Assembly (NCBI GenBank): GCA_030146615.1
Contig: JASLBL010000239.1
Span: 758-64,757 of the forward strand
Length of the DNA: 64,000 nt
DNA from: Actinomycetes bacterium
GTDB lineage: Bacteria > Actinomycetota > CALGFH01
Direction of reading: 5' to 3'
Under the pieces are notes generated by a model that was not told the DNA's origin, ran no database searches, and worked only from the letters and a program-made list of their open reading frames with translations. This document shows, one piece after another, positions 17,405 to 26,600 of the stretch. The position numbers were made by a program, and so were the translations under genes. How positions within the stretch are numbered: the stretch's first letter is position 1; each line of letters opens with the position of its first letter.

Positions 17405-18202
17405 GTGTCGACCACCATCCTCCAGCCTCCCAACCATGCGGTCATCGATGTCCGCCCGGGCGACCAGGCCGCCGCGACCGAAGTCGATGCCTGGCTGCAG
17501 ACCTACGCCTCCAGCCGTGACCCGAGGCTGCGAGAGCGGATCATCATGGGCTACCTCGGTCTGGCGGACCGGCTGGCCGGCCGCTACCGCCACAGTCGCG
17601 GGTCGACGCCCGAGGATCTCATCCAGACCGCCCGGGCGGGGCTGATCGCCGCCGTCGACCGCTACGACCCCGACTACGGGACCCCGTTCGTCCCCTACGC
17701 CGTGGCCTGTGTGGTCGGCGAGCTCAAACGCCACCTGCGGGATACCAGCTGGCGGCTGCACGTGCCCCGGCCGCAAAAGGAACGAGCACTGCGGCTGTGC
17801 CGGGCGGCCGACGAGCTGCATCAGCGCCTGGGCCGCTCTCCCACCACCCGCGAGCTGGCCGAACAGCTGCAGGTGAGCGAGGAGGAGGTCCTAGAGGGGC
17901 TGGCCGCCGTGACCAGCCGCCGGGAGGTGTCCCTGGACCAGCCGGTCGGCGAGGACGCCGGCGGCTGTCTGGGGGACCTGGTGGCCGCGCCGGGAGCCAG
18001 GGAGGAACCGGAGGACCTGCTGGCCCTGAGCGGCATGCTCGCCGCCCTCCCCAGTCTGGAGCGTGAGGTCATCGTCCTGCGGTTCTTCCAGGACCTGGAC
18101 CAGTACGAGATCGCGGCCCGGGTCGGCTTCTCCCAGATGCACGTCTCCCGGCTCCAGCGCCGGGCCCTGGCCCGCATGCGTGCCCAACTGATGGAACCGT
18201 GA
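17405..18202 (+). CDS. sigma-70-family group-3 sigma factor (SigB/SigF-like)
   Basis: Regions 2 and 4 recognisable (DLIQTARAGLIAAVDRYDP...FVPYAVACVVGELKRHLRD...LEREVIVLRFFQDLDQYEIAARVGFSQMHVSRLQRRAL). GTG start with GAGG SD; the track ORF extends 74 aa upstream. Confidence 0.85.
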   Translation: MSTTILQPPNHAVIDVRPGDQAAATEVDAWLQTYASSRDPRLRERIIMGYLGLADRLAGRYRHSRGSTPEDLIQTARAGLIAAVDRYDPDYGTPFVPYAVACVVGELKRHLRDTSWRLHVPRPQKERALRLCRAADELHQRLGRSPTTRELAEQLQVSEEEVLEGLAAVTSRREVSLDQPVGEDAGGCLGDLVAAPGAREEPEDLLALSGMLAALPSLEREVIVLRFFQDLDQYEIAARVGFSQMHVSRLQRRALARMRAQLMEP

Positions 18203-18705
18203 CTGGCGAAGGCGCCGAGATGCAGGTCATCTGGATAGTGATGGTCACGTTGGGCCTCGCGTTCTGCGGGGGTCCTCGGCCTCGCGCTGGCGACGCACAT
18301 TGCCGCTTGGACCAGGCGGCGGTGATCCCACCGCCTAGCTGTCAACCGCGCTACCTCGCTCCTGATGGGCGGGCCGGGGTGGCTGCTCCGGCCAGCTGAC
18401 AGAGGCAGACGGGATCTAGGTCCACCCTCTCCGAAAGCCCGGTACCAGGCGTGTCGAGAGAGGTTAGCGGCCGGAGCAGCCATCAGCAGCCTTGCCCGGC
18501 AACCAGCCCGCGAACCCCCGAGGTGATCGGCCGTCCGGTAGGGGGTTACCCTGGCCAGACCGGTCCCGTCCTCCGGTCGGGAAGCAACCGGTGCACCCAC
18601 ACGACTTCGTGGGGCTGTTGGGTCTGATCGGCAATCCAGGGCCGCCATTGTGCCTGGCCCGTTGACCGGGTTCGCCAGTTCGGCGACCGGACGAAGAAGG
18701 CACGC

Positions 18706-19049
18706 ATGCCGATCGACCCCTCGATGCTGGCCAAGGGCATCGGCACCCTGACCGACCTGCACCCGACCAGGACCTGCCCGCCACCCTCCATCAAGCCGTC
18801 ATTGCGGCCAAGCAGCTGTTCGACGCTGACGCCGCGGGGATCATGCTCACCGACCTGGACGGCAACCTGCGCTGGGCCAGCGCCTCTGACCAGCGCGCCC
18901 AGGTCCTGGATGAGCAGGAGGCCTTCACCCACCTGCGCCGGGCGGCCCGCTCCTCAGGACGCAAGCTGTCGGCGGTGGCTGGCGAGGTCGCCGCCGGGCT
19001 GCCCCTGCCAAAGGGGCGGACCAGGCCCACCCGGCCCCCAACCGAGTAG
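18706..19049 (+). pseudogene. truncated/frameshifted GAF-domain protein remnant
   Basis: Starts with SD GAAGAAGG + ATG (MPIDPSMLAKGIGTLTDL), then shifts near 18760 into the frame encoding DLPATLHQAVIAAKQLFDADAAGIMLTDLDGNLRWASASD (GAF N-terminal pattern). Ends at 19049, far short of a full GAF domain. Confidence 0.35.
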
Positions 19050-19278
19050 CCCCCGACGCCGGCGTTCCTCCCTGTACCTGGGCGTCTTGTCCGGTGCGGT
19101 CATCGCCATCGCCTTCGTCGGGCAGGCCAACGAGCTCGGCGTTCCGGATTCGTCAGTACCTCCTGGGCCTGGACCCGGCTGGGGTGCCGTTCTTCCCCCC
19201 GACCGACCCCCAGGGGATGACGAAGCTGGAGCGAATCGGCGTGGTGGCGACCGGCCCCTGCAGCGCCCGCGCCGACGA

Positions 19279-19689
19279 TCACGCCTGGAACAGGCCGATG
19301 CCCAGGGTCACCACCCCGACCGCCAACAACAGCGCGGCCAGATAGATCAGGTTGATGAGCCCGTTGGGCCGTTCCGCCTTGGGGGACAGCACCGACAGGA
19401 AGAAGCCGAGCGACACCAGGATCGGCGCCACCAGCAAGCTCACCCGGACCAGCGACTTCAGGCCAGAGGACAACGGTGTCTGGTCGACATAGAGCATGCC
19501 GACCAGACCCAGCACGAGCCATACGCCGGGGTGGGCGTGGCCGGCCCGCCACATGTTCTGGCGCAGGGGGTTGTCGAGATAGCCGGGGATGCGGCGGGTC
19601 AGCAGATTCAGTAGCGAGCCGCCACCGAACTCGACCGCGACCAGCAACAGCAGCAGGATCGCCGCGAAGTTCCTGGATGTCGACGACAT
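19279..19689 (-). CDS. 136-aa polytopic membrane protein of unknown function
   Basis: MSSTSRNFAAILLLLLVAVEF... with 4 predicted TM segments; SD GGGAGGG. Confidence 0.5.
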   Translation of the reverse strand: MSSTSRNFAAILLLLLVAVEFGGGSLLNLLTRRIPGYLDNPLRQNMWRAGHAHPGVWLVLGLVGMLYVDQTPLSSGLKSLVRVSLLVAPILVSLGFFLSVLSPKAERPNGLINLIYLAALLLAVGVVTLGIGLFQA

Positions 19690-20691
19690 CGTCCCTCCCT
19701 GCGGTCGTTGACCGCTTGGTCCTTGTGTCCGGGAGATCCTAACTTGGGCGATGCTGCGGCCGGGAGGATCTGGCAACCGCAACGCCACGGTCCGACGAGA
19801 TGCCTCCCAGAGCACCGCGACGACCAGCGTTGTCCCAGGTCGCCTCCGACCGTCAGGGGCGAAGGATCGGAGAGCACCTCCCTTGTTGGGATGAGGTTTG
19901 ACTGGCCGGTTGCCCTTCGGCGCCTCTCGTAGTTCTGACCAGGGACGTTGCTGTCTCTTGGCCTCTCATCTGGGTCACCGGACTGCACCGGGCGGTCCAA
20001 GCCCCTGGTCGAGGCGCTGAACGTGGTGCCGCTCAGAGCCACCTCGCGGCGCTAGCCTTGGGGCCGCTGACCGGTCGCTCCTCCATGTGAACCAGCGACC
20101 CGGCGGCCAACGGGGTGACCCGGATGCGGACCTGGGCGCCGGCCAGCGGACCGAACGAGGCAAGCAGCACGACCTCGGAGGGCGGGTCGGCCGCGAGGAT
20201 CGCGCCGATCTCCATGAAGCTCAACGGCACACTCGGCCGATCGGCCCGGCCTCCACATGGACAACCCAAGCCCGGCTGAGGGCCACACCGCCCCGGTATG
20301 GTCGGAATCTGTGACGAGCTGGCCACCTGCGTGCGCGCCGACGCGGCCGGGAAGCCGTGCCCCGTGCCTGCGCTGCGGGCCTGGAAGCCGTACACCCCGC
20401 GGGTTCCCGAGGTCCTGGGCTTGGGCACGGTGCCATCCATGGGTGAGCGCCCCATGAAGTACCTCGTTCTCGCCGCGCTGAAGAATGCTGCGGGCGGATC
20501 GTGGTAACCGCCGCAGAGTTCCTCGACCGGTCGTCAGCGAGCGCTCGCAAGAGGAGCCACCTGGCTGGTGGCGTGCTGGCCCGCACTGACCTGGCCAGGA
20601 CTACCCGCCGAGCAACGGGGCCAACGGAGCATAGGTGGGCGCGGCCTGGGTAAGGGAGGCACGCCTACGGATCGTTCTCGAGGAGGCGGAG

Positions 20692-20928
20692 ATGACCAGC
20701 AGCGGCAGCGAGACTGGGCAGGTCACCGGCACCAAGGACAAGGACTACAACATCATTTGGTTCACCGAGGCGTGCCTGAGCAACGCCCTGCGGCTGGAGA
20801 CTTACATCCAGGACGCCGAGCGCGAGGGCGATTCGGAGTTGGCCGACTTCTTCCGCCGGGCCCAGGCCGAGAGCCGCAAGGGCGCCGAGCAGGGCAAGCG
20901 GTTGCTGCACTCACGGCTGGGGAGCTGA
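20692..20928 (+). CDS. 78-aa hydrophilic protein of unknown function
   Basis: SD GGAGG + ATG; KDKDYNIIWFTEACLSNALRLETYIQDAERE...FFRRAQAESRKGAEQ looks like a genuine folded protein. A GC hairpin (~20988-21016) lies downstream. Confidence 0.55.
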   Translation: MTSSGSETGQVTGTKDKDYNIIWFTEACLSNALRLETYIQDAEREGDSELADFFRRAQAESRKGAEQGKRLLHSRLGS

Positions 20929-21220
20929 GCGGCCGACGGTCCTCACTGTCTCTCGCGCTGCAGTCCAGGCTCGCGCGGAACTGCTCGAGGTGTGGCGCCT
21001 AGTCGGGGCCACACCCCGGAGCGCCGGGTTACCGCTCGTGCGGGATCGTCGTTGCTCTGGTCAGCTGCGAGTTGGCCGGTGCTACCGGAGCTGAAGAGCG
21101 GGTCGGACTCGGCCGGAAGCTGGTCGCGGGCCTCCGGCTGCTGCTCAGGTGCCGGCCGAGTTCGGGTGGGAGCTGGCGGCGAGGTTGTCCTCCAGCCGCC
21201 GGCCAGCCGCTCGCCCAGGG

Positions 21221-21454
21221 TCAGGCGCGGTCGACCAGGCGGTCGTCGCCCTCGTGCTTGGCGCAGTCGGCACAGCAGAAGATGCGGCCGTCGGCCTCCA
21301 CGCCGTGACCGATGATCCGGCAGCCGCAGTGGGCACAGGTCGGCGCCAAGGCGTGGATGGCGCATTCGAAGCTGTCGAAGGTATGGGTGGTGTCGGCCAC
21401 GACGACCTGGAACGCCTTGTCGTAGTCGTTGCCGCAGACTTCACATTGAGCCAT
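21221..21454 (-). CDS. 77-aa Cys-rich metal-binding protein with two TRASH/YHS-like modules
   Basis: CEVCGNDYDKAF...HTFDSFECAIH followed by CAHCGCRIIGHGVEADGRIFCCADCAKH. SD GGGAGG. Confidence 0.6.
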   Translation of the reverse strand: MAQCEVCGNDYDKAFQVVVADTTHTFDSFECAIHALAPTCAHCGCRIIGHGVEADGRIFCCADCAKHEGDDRLVDRA

Positions 21455-21501
21455 GCCAGGCAGCAGCCTCCCGCCAAGGTGAGCGGTCCAAGCCACCGTT
21501 G

Positions 21502-21526
21502 TAGCCCGGTGGGTGACGGCCGAAAC
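21502..21526 (-). promoter_or_regulatory. SigB/SigF-type promoter candidate GTTT-N15-GGGCTA upstream of 21221..21454
   Basis: Minus strand reads GTGTTTcggccgtcacccaccGGGCTA, ~48 nt upstream of the ATG. Confidence 0.4.
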
Positions 21527-21602
21527 ACCGGCCAGGCAGATGGAGGGCAGCCCTCGCCCCGGCCGAGCCCACCGCGAGCCAGCCGGTATATCGCGGCGGT
21601 GA

Positions 21603-21809
21603 TCAGTCGTTGGAGCCGGTCAAGGAGCCCTTCAGCTCCTTCATGACGGCGTTGGGGCCGTCGAAGGAGTCCTTGTCCATGCCGCGGAGGGCGTCGACCA
21701 GCTCACGGTCGGCGCCGTTGGCTTCGGCGTGGCGGGCCAGCTCGTCGTTGCTGGCCGGGTAGTCGACGCCCTTGAGCGCCTTCTGCACCTCGGTGATCTG
21801 GAACGCCAT
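21603..21809 (-). CDS. DUF2795-family small protein
   Basis: MAFQITEVQKALKGVDYPASNDELARHAEANGADRELVDAL is the DUF2795 signature; SD GGGGAGGG. Motif GGTT-N16-TGGTAG lies ~46 nt upstream (21855-21880). Confidence 0.75.
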   Translation of the reverse strand: MAFQITEVQKALKGVDYPASNDELARHAEANGADRELVDALRGMDKDSFDGPNAVMKELKGSLTGSND

Positions 21810-22444
21810 CGTCCCTCCCCTCACTGGATCACTGGCGGTCGAACGGCAGCGTGGCTACCACGCGGATGCTTGGTCCAACCACCGAGGCCGGCGTGCTCGG
21901 CGCGCGCGGATGAAGACGGGGCGGTGGTCTAGGTCCTGCTCCGCGAACGTGGCGTGCTTGGGCAGCCGGTGGCAGCGCTGATCTGGTGGATCAGGTCCTT
22001 TGGCCCGGTGGGGTGATCAGCGCTTGTGCCGCCTGCGGCCGGGACCGGAAGGCCATGGGTGACTTCGATGCGGTGGTGGCCGCGCATCCCCCTGCCTGGC
22101 GGCCGAGCGATCGCGCTGGGCCGGTCGGCGGCCGAGACCGCCGCGTCCTTCGGCCGCGTCAACCGCGACGACGCCGCCTGGGCCGAGCTGGACCAATGGT
22201 TCGGCGATGCGGTCGTCGCCCTGGTGCGCGCGGGGATGGTGCGCTGGCCGCTGGGCCAGGGTCGACCGGATCGTGGTCGACTCCGGCCGGGCGGTTGGCG
22301 TCGAGGCCGGCGGTGATGCGCTCGGGGCCGGCGGGCGGTGATGGCCGTGCTCGACCCGCAGCTGGTGATCCGGCTGGCCGGCCCGGCGTGGGTTCGAGGT
22401 CAGCTGACGGAGCTCAGCCGCAGATCAGTCGCCAGGGCCGTCGG

Positions 22445-23410
22445 TCAGCGTTCCTCCCCGGCCGGTTCGGGCCGCTGGATCTCGCGTACCGGAGCGATGA
22501 CCAGCTCGTGCAGGCGCCAGTCCAGATCCAGCAGGTGCCGGCTGGCCCGCTCAAGGCGCTCAACCAGGTCAGCGTCGTCGACCGGGACCACGAACGCTTC
22601 GCCGATGAACACGTGCCCTTCCTCGCGCAGCCGCACCTCGGCATCCTTGACCCAGTCCATGGCCCGTAGCTCATTGGCGACCCACAGGGGCAGCGGGTCG
22701 GGCCTGGAGTGGTCGGCCACCGTCGGCTCCTTGTCCATGAGGTCGGTGAGCGCGACCTTCAGGTTCTTGTAGCCGTCATGGGTGATGTCCAGCGAGATGA
22801 TGCTGGCCGCGACCGCGTCGGCCCACCACAGCCCAAAGCCGATGCCGACCACCCCGGCCATGGCCGCGCCCGCTGTCAGCCAGTCGGCCCGGTTCATCTC
22901 GGCGTCGGCGAACAGCACCTTGTCGTGCAGCTCCCGGGCCAGCGGCTGCTTGGCCCGCCCCAGGAACACCGCCGGCAGGGCGCTCCAGGCCAGGGCGGCC
23001 AGCATCAACCAGCCGAGCCAGATCGGCTGGTCCCCGAACAGCTTGACCAGGTCGATCGGCGGGTGCTCGAACTTCAGTAGCTTGGTGACCGAGTCGTAGA
23101 GGATGAAGGAGCCGAGGGCGAACAGGGCCATCGATGCGCACAGGAACGCGATCGAGGTCACCCGGTGATAGCCGTAGGGGAACTGCCGGTTCGGTGACCG
23201 GCGCCGCACGCGCGCGGCGATCAGGAAGGCGATCGGGGGCAGGAGGCTCAGGATGTCCTCGGCCCAGGCGGCCTTCATGGCCTGGGAGTTGCCTAGGGTG
23301 AGGTACAGGACCACGATCGCCGAGAGCAGGTAGGCGATGGTCAGCCACTCCAGCCGCACCGCCTTCTTGAGCAGTTGGTGCTTGTCCGGCGGCAGCTCAT
23401 GATGGGTCAC
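22445..23410 (-). CDS. cation diffusion facilitator (CDF) family metal efflux transporter
   Basis: Six-TM N-terminal domain plus C-terminal cytoplasmic domain; HDGYKNLKVALTDLMD. Start uncertain (GTG 23410 or TTG 23521). Confidence 0.75.
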   Translation of the reverse strand: MTHHELPPDKHQLLKKAVRLEWLTIAYLLSAIVVLYLTLGNSQAMKAAWAEDILSLLPPIAFLIAARVRRRSPNRQFPYGYHRVTSIAFLCASMALFALGSFILYDSVTKLLKFEHPPIDLVKLFGDQPIWLGWLMLAALAWSALPAVFLGRAKQPLARELHDKVLFADAEMNRADWLTAGAAMAGVVGIGFGLWWADAVAASIISLDITHDGYKNLKVALTDLMDKEPTVADHSRPDPLPLWVANELRAMDWVKDAEVRLREEGHVFIGEAFVVPVDDADLVERLERASRHLLDLDWRLHELVIAPVREIQRPEPAGEER

Positions 23411-23656
23411 TGGAGGAGGCCCGGCTTGGCCGTAAGGGTCCCATACCCGGCCGGGGACAGGGCGGCGAGGGCACCCGCCCGTGCTGGCCAGACCCGTTTC
23501 TGGTTCATCGGTGCACCGCAAGAGCGGAATGCTCGCCTTGCCCCGAGCGCAAACCTAACCTCACAAGTCACCGATGAGCGACATGGGACGAACGAGCCAT
23601 CGCCTCCTAGCGAAGGACTCCCAGACCTGGGTCGGGGCTGCCCGTAGACTGCATGC

Positions 23657-26600
23657 ATGCGCGGGTGCTCGAGCTGCGGGCAGGACAACCCCGGGGGGTT
23701 CCGGTTCTGCGGGGCGTGCGGGTCGCCGCTGGCCGACGTGTCACGCCAGTCGGCGGGCGAGGAGCGCAAGGTCGTCACGGTGCTGTTCTGTGACCTCGTG
23801 GGCTTCACGTCCCGGTCCGACCGGGCCGATCCTGAGGACGTCGGCGCCATGTTGCGTCCTTTTCACACCCGGCTGCGCAGTGAGATCGAGCGCGTGGGCG
23901 GAACCCTGGACAAGCTGATCGGGGACGCGGTCATGGCGGTGTTCGGCGTCCCGGCAGTCCACGAGGACGACCCGGAGCGGGCGGTGCGGTGCGCGCTGCG
24001 CATGCTGGACGCCATCGCCGAGCTGAACCAGGCTCATCCTGTCCTTGAGCTGGCGGTCCGGATTGGCGTCAACACCGGCGAGGCGCTGGTAGCCCTCGAC
24101 CGCGGCGCCGACAGCGAGGGCGTGGTCGGCGACGTGGTCAACACCGCCGCGCGGCTCCAGGGGGTGGCACCGGTCAACGGGGTGGTCGTCGGGGAGGCGA
24201 CGTGGCGGGCCACCCGGATGCTGTTCGCCTATGAGCAGCTCGCCCCCGTGCAGGTCAAGGGCAAGGCCGAGCCGGTGCCGATTTGGCGGGTGCTGGGGGC
24301 CCGCAGCCGGCCGGGCGTGGATGTGGCCGAGCGGCTCGCGACCCCGCTGATTGGTCGCGGCGACGAGCTGGCGACGCTGCAACGCTGCTACCGGCAAGCG
24401 TTCATCGAGCATGCCGTGCAGCTCGTCACAATCCTCGGCGAGCCCGGGGTGGGCAAGAGCCGGCTGGTGCGCGAGTTCGCCGGCTTCGTCGACGCCCAGC
24501 CGCAGCTGGTTGCCTGGCGCCGGGGCCACTGCCTGTCCTACGGCGAGGCCATTGGCTTCTGGGCCCTCGGCGAGGTCGTGAAGGCCCAGGCAGGCATCCT
24601 GGAGTCCGACGACCCGCGGGAGGGAACCGCCAAGCTGGACGCGGCGGTCCGCGCCGTCGCTGGCGACGCCTCGGAGCGCGAGTGGCTCAAGGCGCGGCTT
24701 GCCCCGCTGGTGGGGCTCGCGACTGCCGCCGAGGCGCCGGCCGGCCGGGATGAGTCGTTCATGGCGTGGCGGCGCTTCCTCCAGCTTGTGGCGACACAGG
24801 GGCCCCTGGTTCTGGTGATCGAGGACCTGCACTGGGCCGACCCGGCCCTGCTCGACTTCCTCGAGCAGCTGCTTGACCAGACACATGGGGCGCATCTCCT
24901 TGTGGTCGTCACGGCCAGGCCGGAGCTGCTCGACCGGCGGCCCGGCTGGGGGACCGGGCAGCCGAACGCGACGACCATGGCGCTGGCCCCCCTCGACGAC
25001 GCGCAGACCGCGATGCTGATCGCCACCCTGCTCGGCCAGTCGATACTGCCGGCGGAAGTGCAGTCGCTGCTCCTGGAACGAGCGGGCGGCAACCCCTTGT
25101 ACGCCGAGGAGTTCGTGCGCCTGCTCACCGACCGGGGGCTGCTCAAACCAGACGGCCACCTGGCGCGCGCGTCCGACCTGCCGCTGCCGGACACGGTGCA
25201 GGCCCTGATCGCGGCGCGCCTCGACACCCTCGCGCCGGAGCACAAGACCCTGCTCCAGGACGCCGCGGTGTTCGGCAAGGTGTTCTGGCTGGGAGCGCTC
25301 GCCGCCATGGCAAGTGTCAGCGAGGAGGAGCTCCGGGGCGGTCTGGCCCAGCTCCAGCGTAAGGAACTGATCCGCGCCGCGCGGCTGTCGGCGGTGGAGG
25401 ACGAGGTTGAGTACACGTTTTGGCATGCGCTCATCCGCGACGTGGTCTACGCCCAGATCCCCAGAACCGGCCGTTCCCGCCGCCACCGGGCGGCCGCCGA
25501 GTGGATCCAGGCCCTCGCCGGTGACCGCGTGGCCGACCGCGCCGAGTTGATCGCCTACCACTTCACCCAGGCGCTGGTCCATGCGCGGGCGGCTCGGGAG
25601 CCCGATCTAGCTCGGCTGGAGGAGTCGGCCCGTCATGCGCTGGTCCTGGCCGGTGACTCGACGATCGGGCTGGATGTGGCCAAGGCCGAGGCCTATTACC
25701 GGAAGGCCCTGGAGCTCTGCCCGCTGGGCACGCCCGGGCGTGCCCAGGTGCTGGCACGGGCAGCCCGGGCGGCGTTCCAGGCGGGCCGGGTGGCCGAGGC
25801 GGCCGACGCCTACGAGGCAGTGATCGCCGGCTTCGCCGCCGAGGGCGACGTCGTTGGACAGGGTGAGGCGCTGAACCGGCTGTCGTCGGTGCTGTGGAAT
25901 CAGGGCGAGGCCGGTCGCGCCCGCGACGCCCTGGTCGGCGCCGTCGAGCTGCTGGAGCGTGCCCGTCCCGGTCCGGAGCTGTGCTCGGCCTACGCGCAGA
26001 TGGCAATGGACCGGGTGATGTCCGGCCACCCGCAGGAGGCGCTGGGCTGGGCGAACAAAGCCCTTGACCTGGCCGAGGAGCTGGGTGGGCTGCCAGAGGA
26101 GCGGCTGCGGGCCCTCGACTCCCGCGGAGTGGCGCGCGGCGACCTCGGCGACCTCGGCGGCATGGACGACCTGCGCGCCGCCCTCGAGCTGGGCCTGGAG
26201 GTGGGCGCCGGCTACGACACGGCGGTGGTCTACAACAACTTGATCGAACTGCTTTGGCTCAGCGAGGGCCCGATCGCGGCGCTGGAAACCTGCCATCAGG
26301 CAATCGAGTTCACCGAGCGGCGCGGATTGGCCGAGGGCACCGCCTGGATCCGGTCGGCGACCCTGACCCCGCTGCTGGACCTTGGCCGCTGGGACGAGGC
26401 GGTGGACACCGCCGATGCTCTGATCGCCTGGGAGCGCGACCACGGCGGCCAGTACATGTCAGAGATGGCCCACCAGATCAAGGCCGAGGTCCTGCTGTGG
26501 CGCGGCGAGGTGGACGACGCCCGGGTGCTGGTACGGGAGTTCCTGCCACGAGCACGTGCGATCGACGACCTGCAGCTGCTGGTGCCGGCGCTGGCTGTCG

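Noticed and set aside
23741-25582. 613-aa minus-strand ORF
   Set aside because: Antisense to the adenylate-cyclase STAND gene; no motifs.
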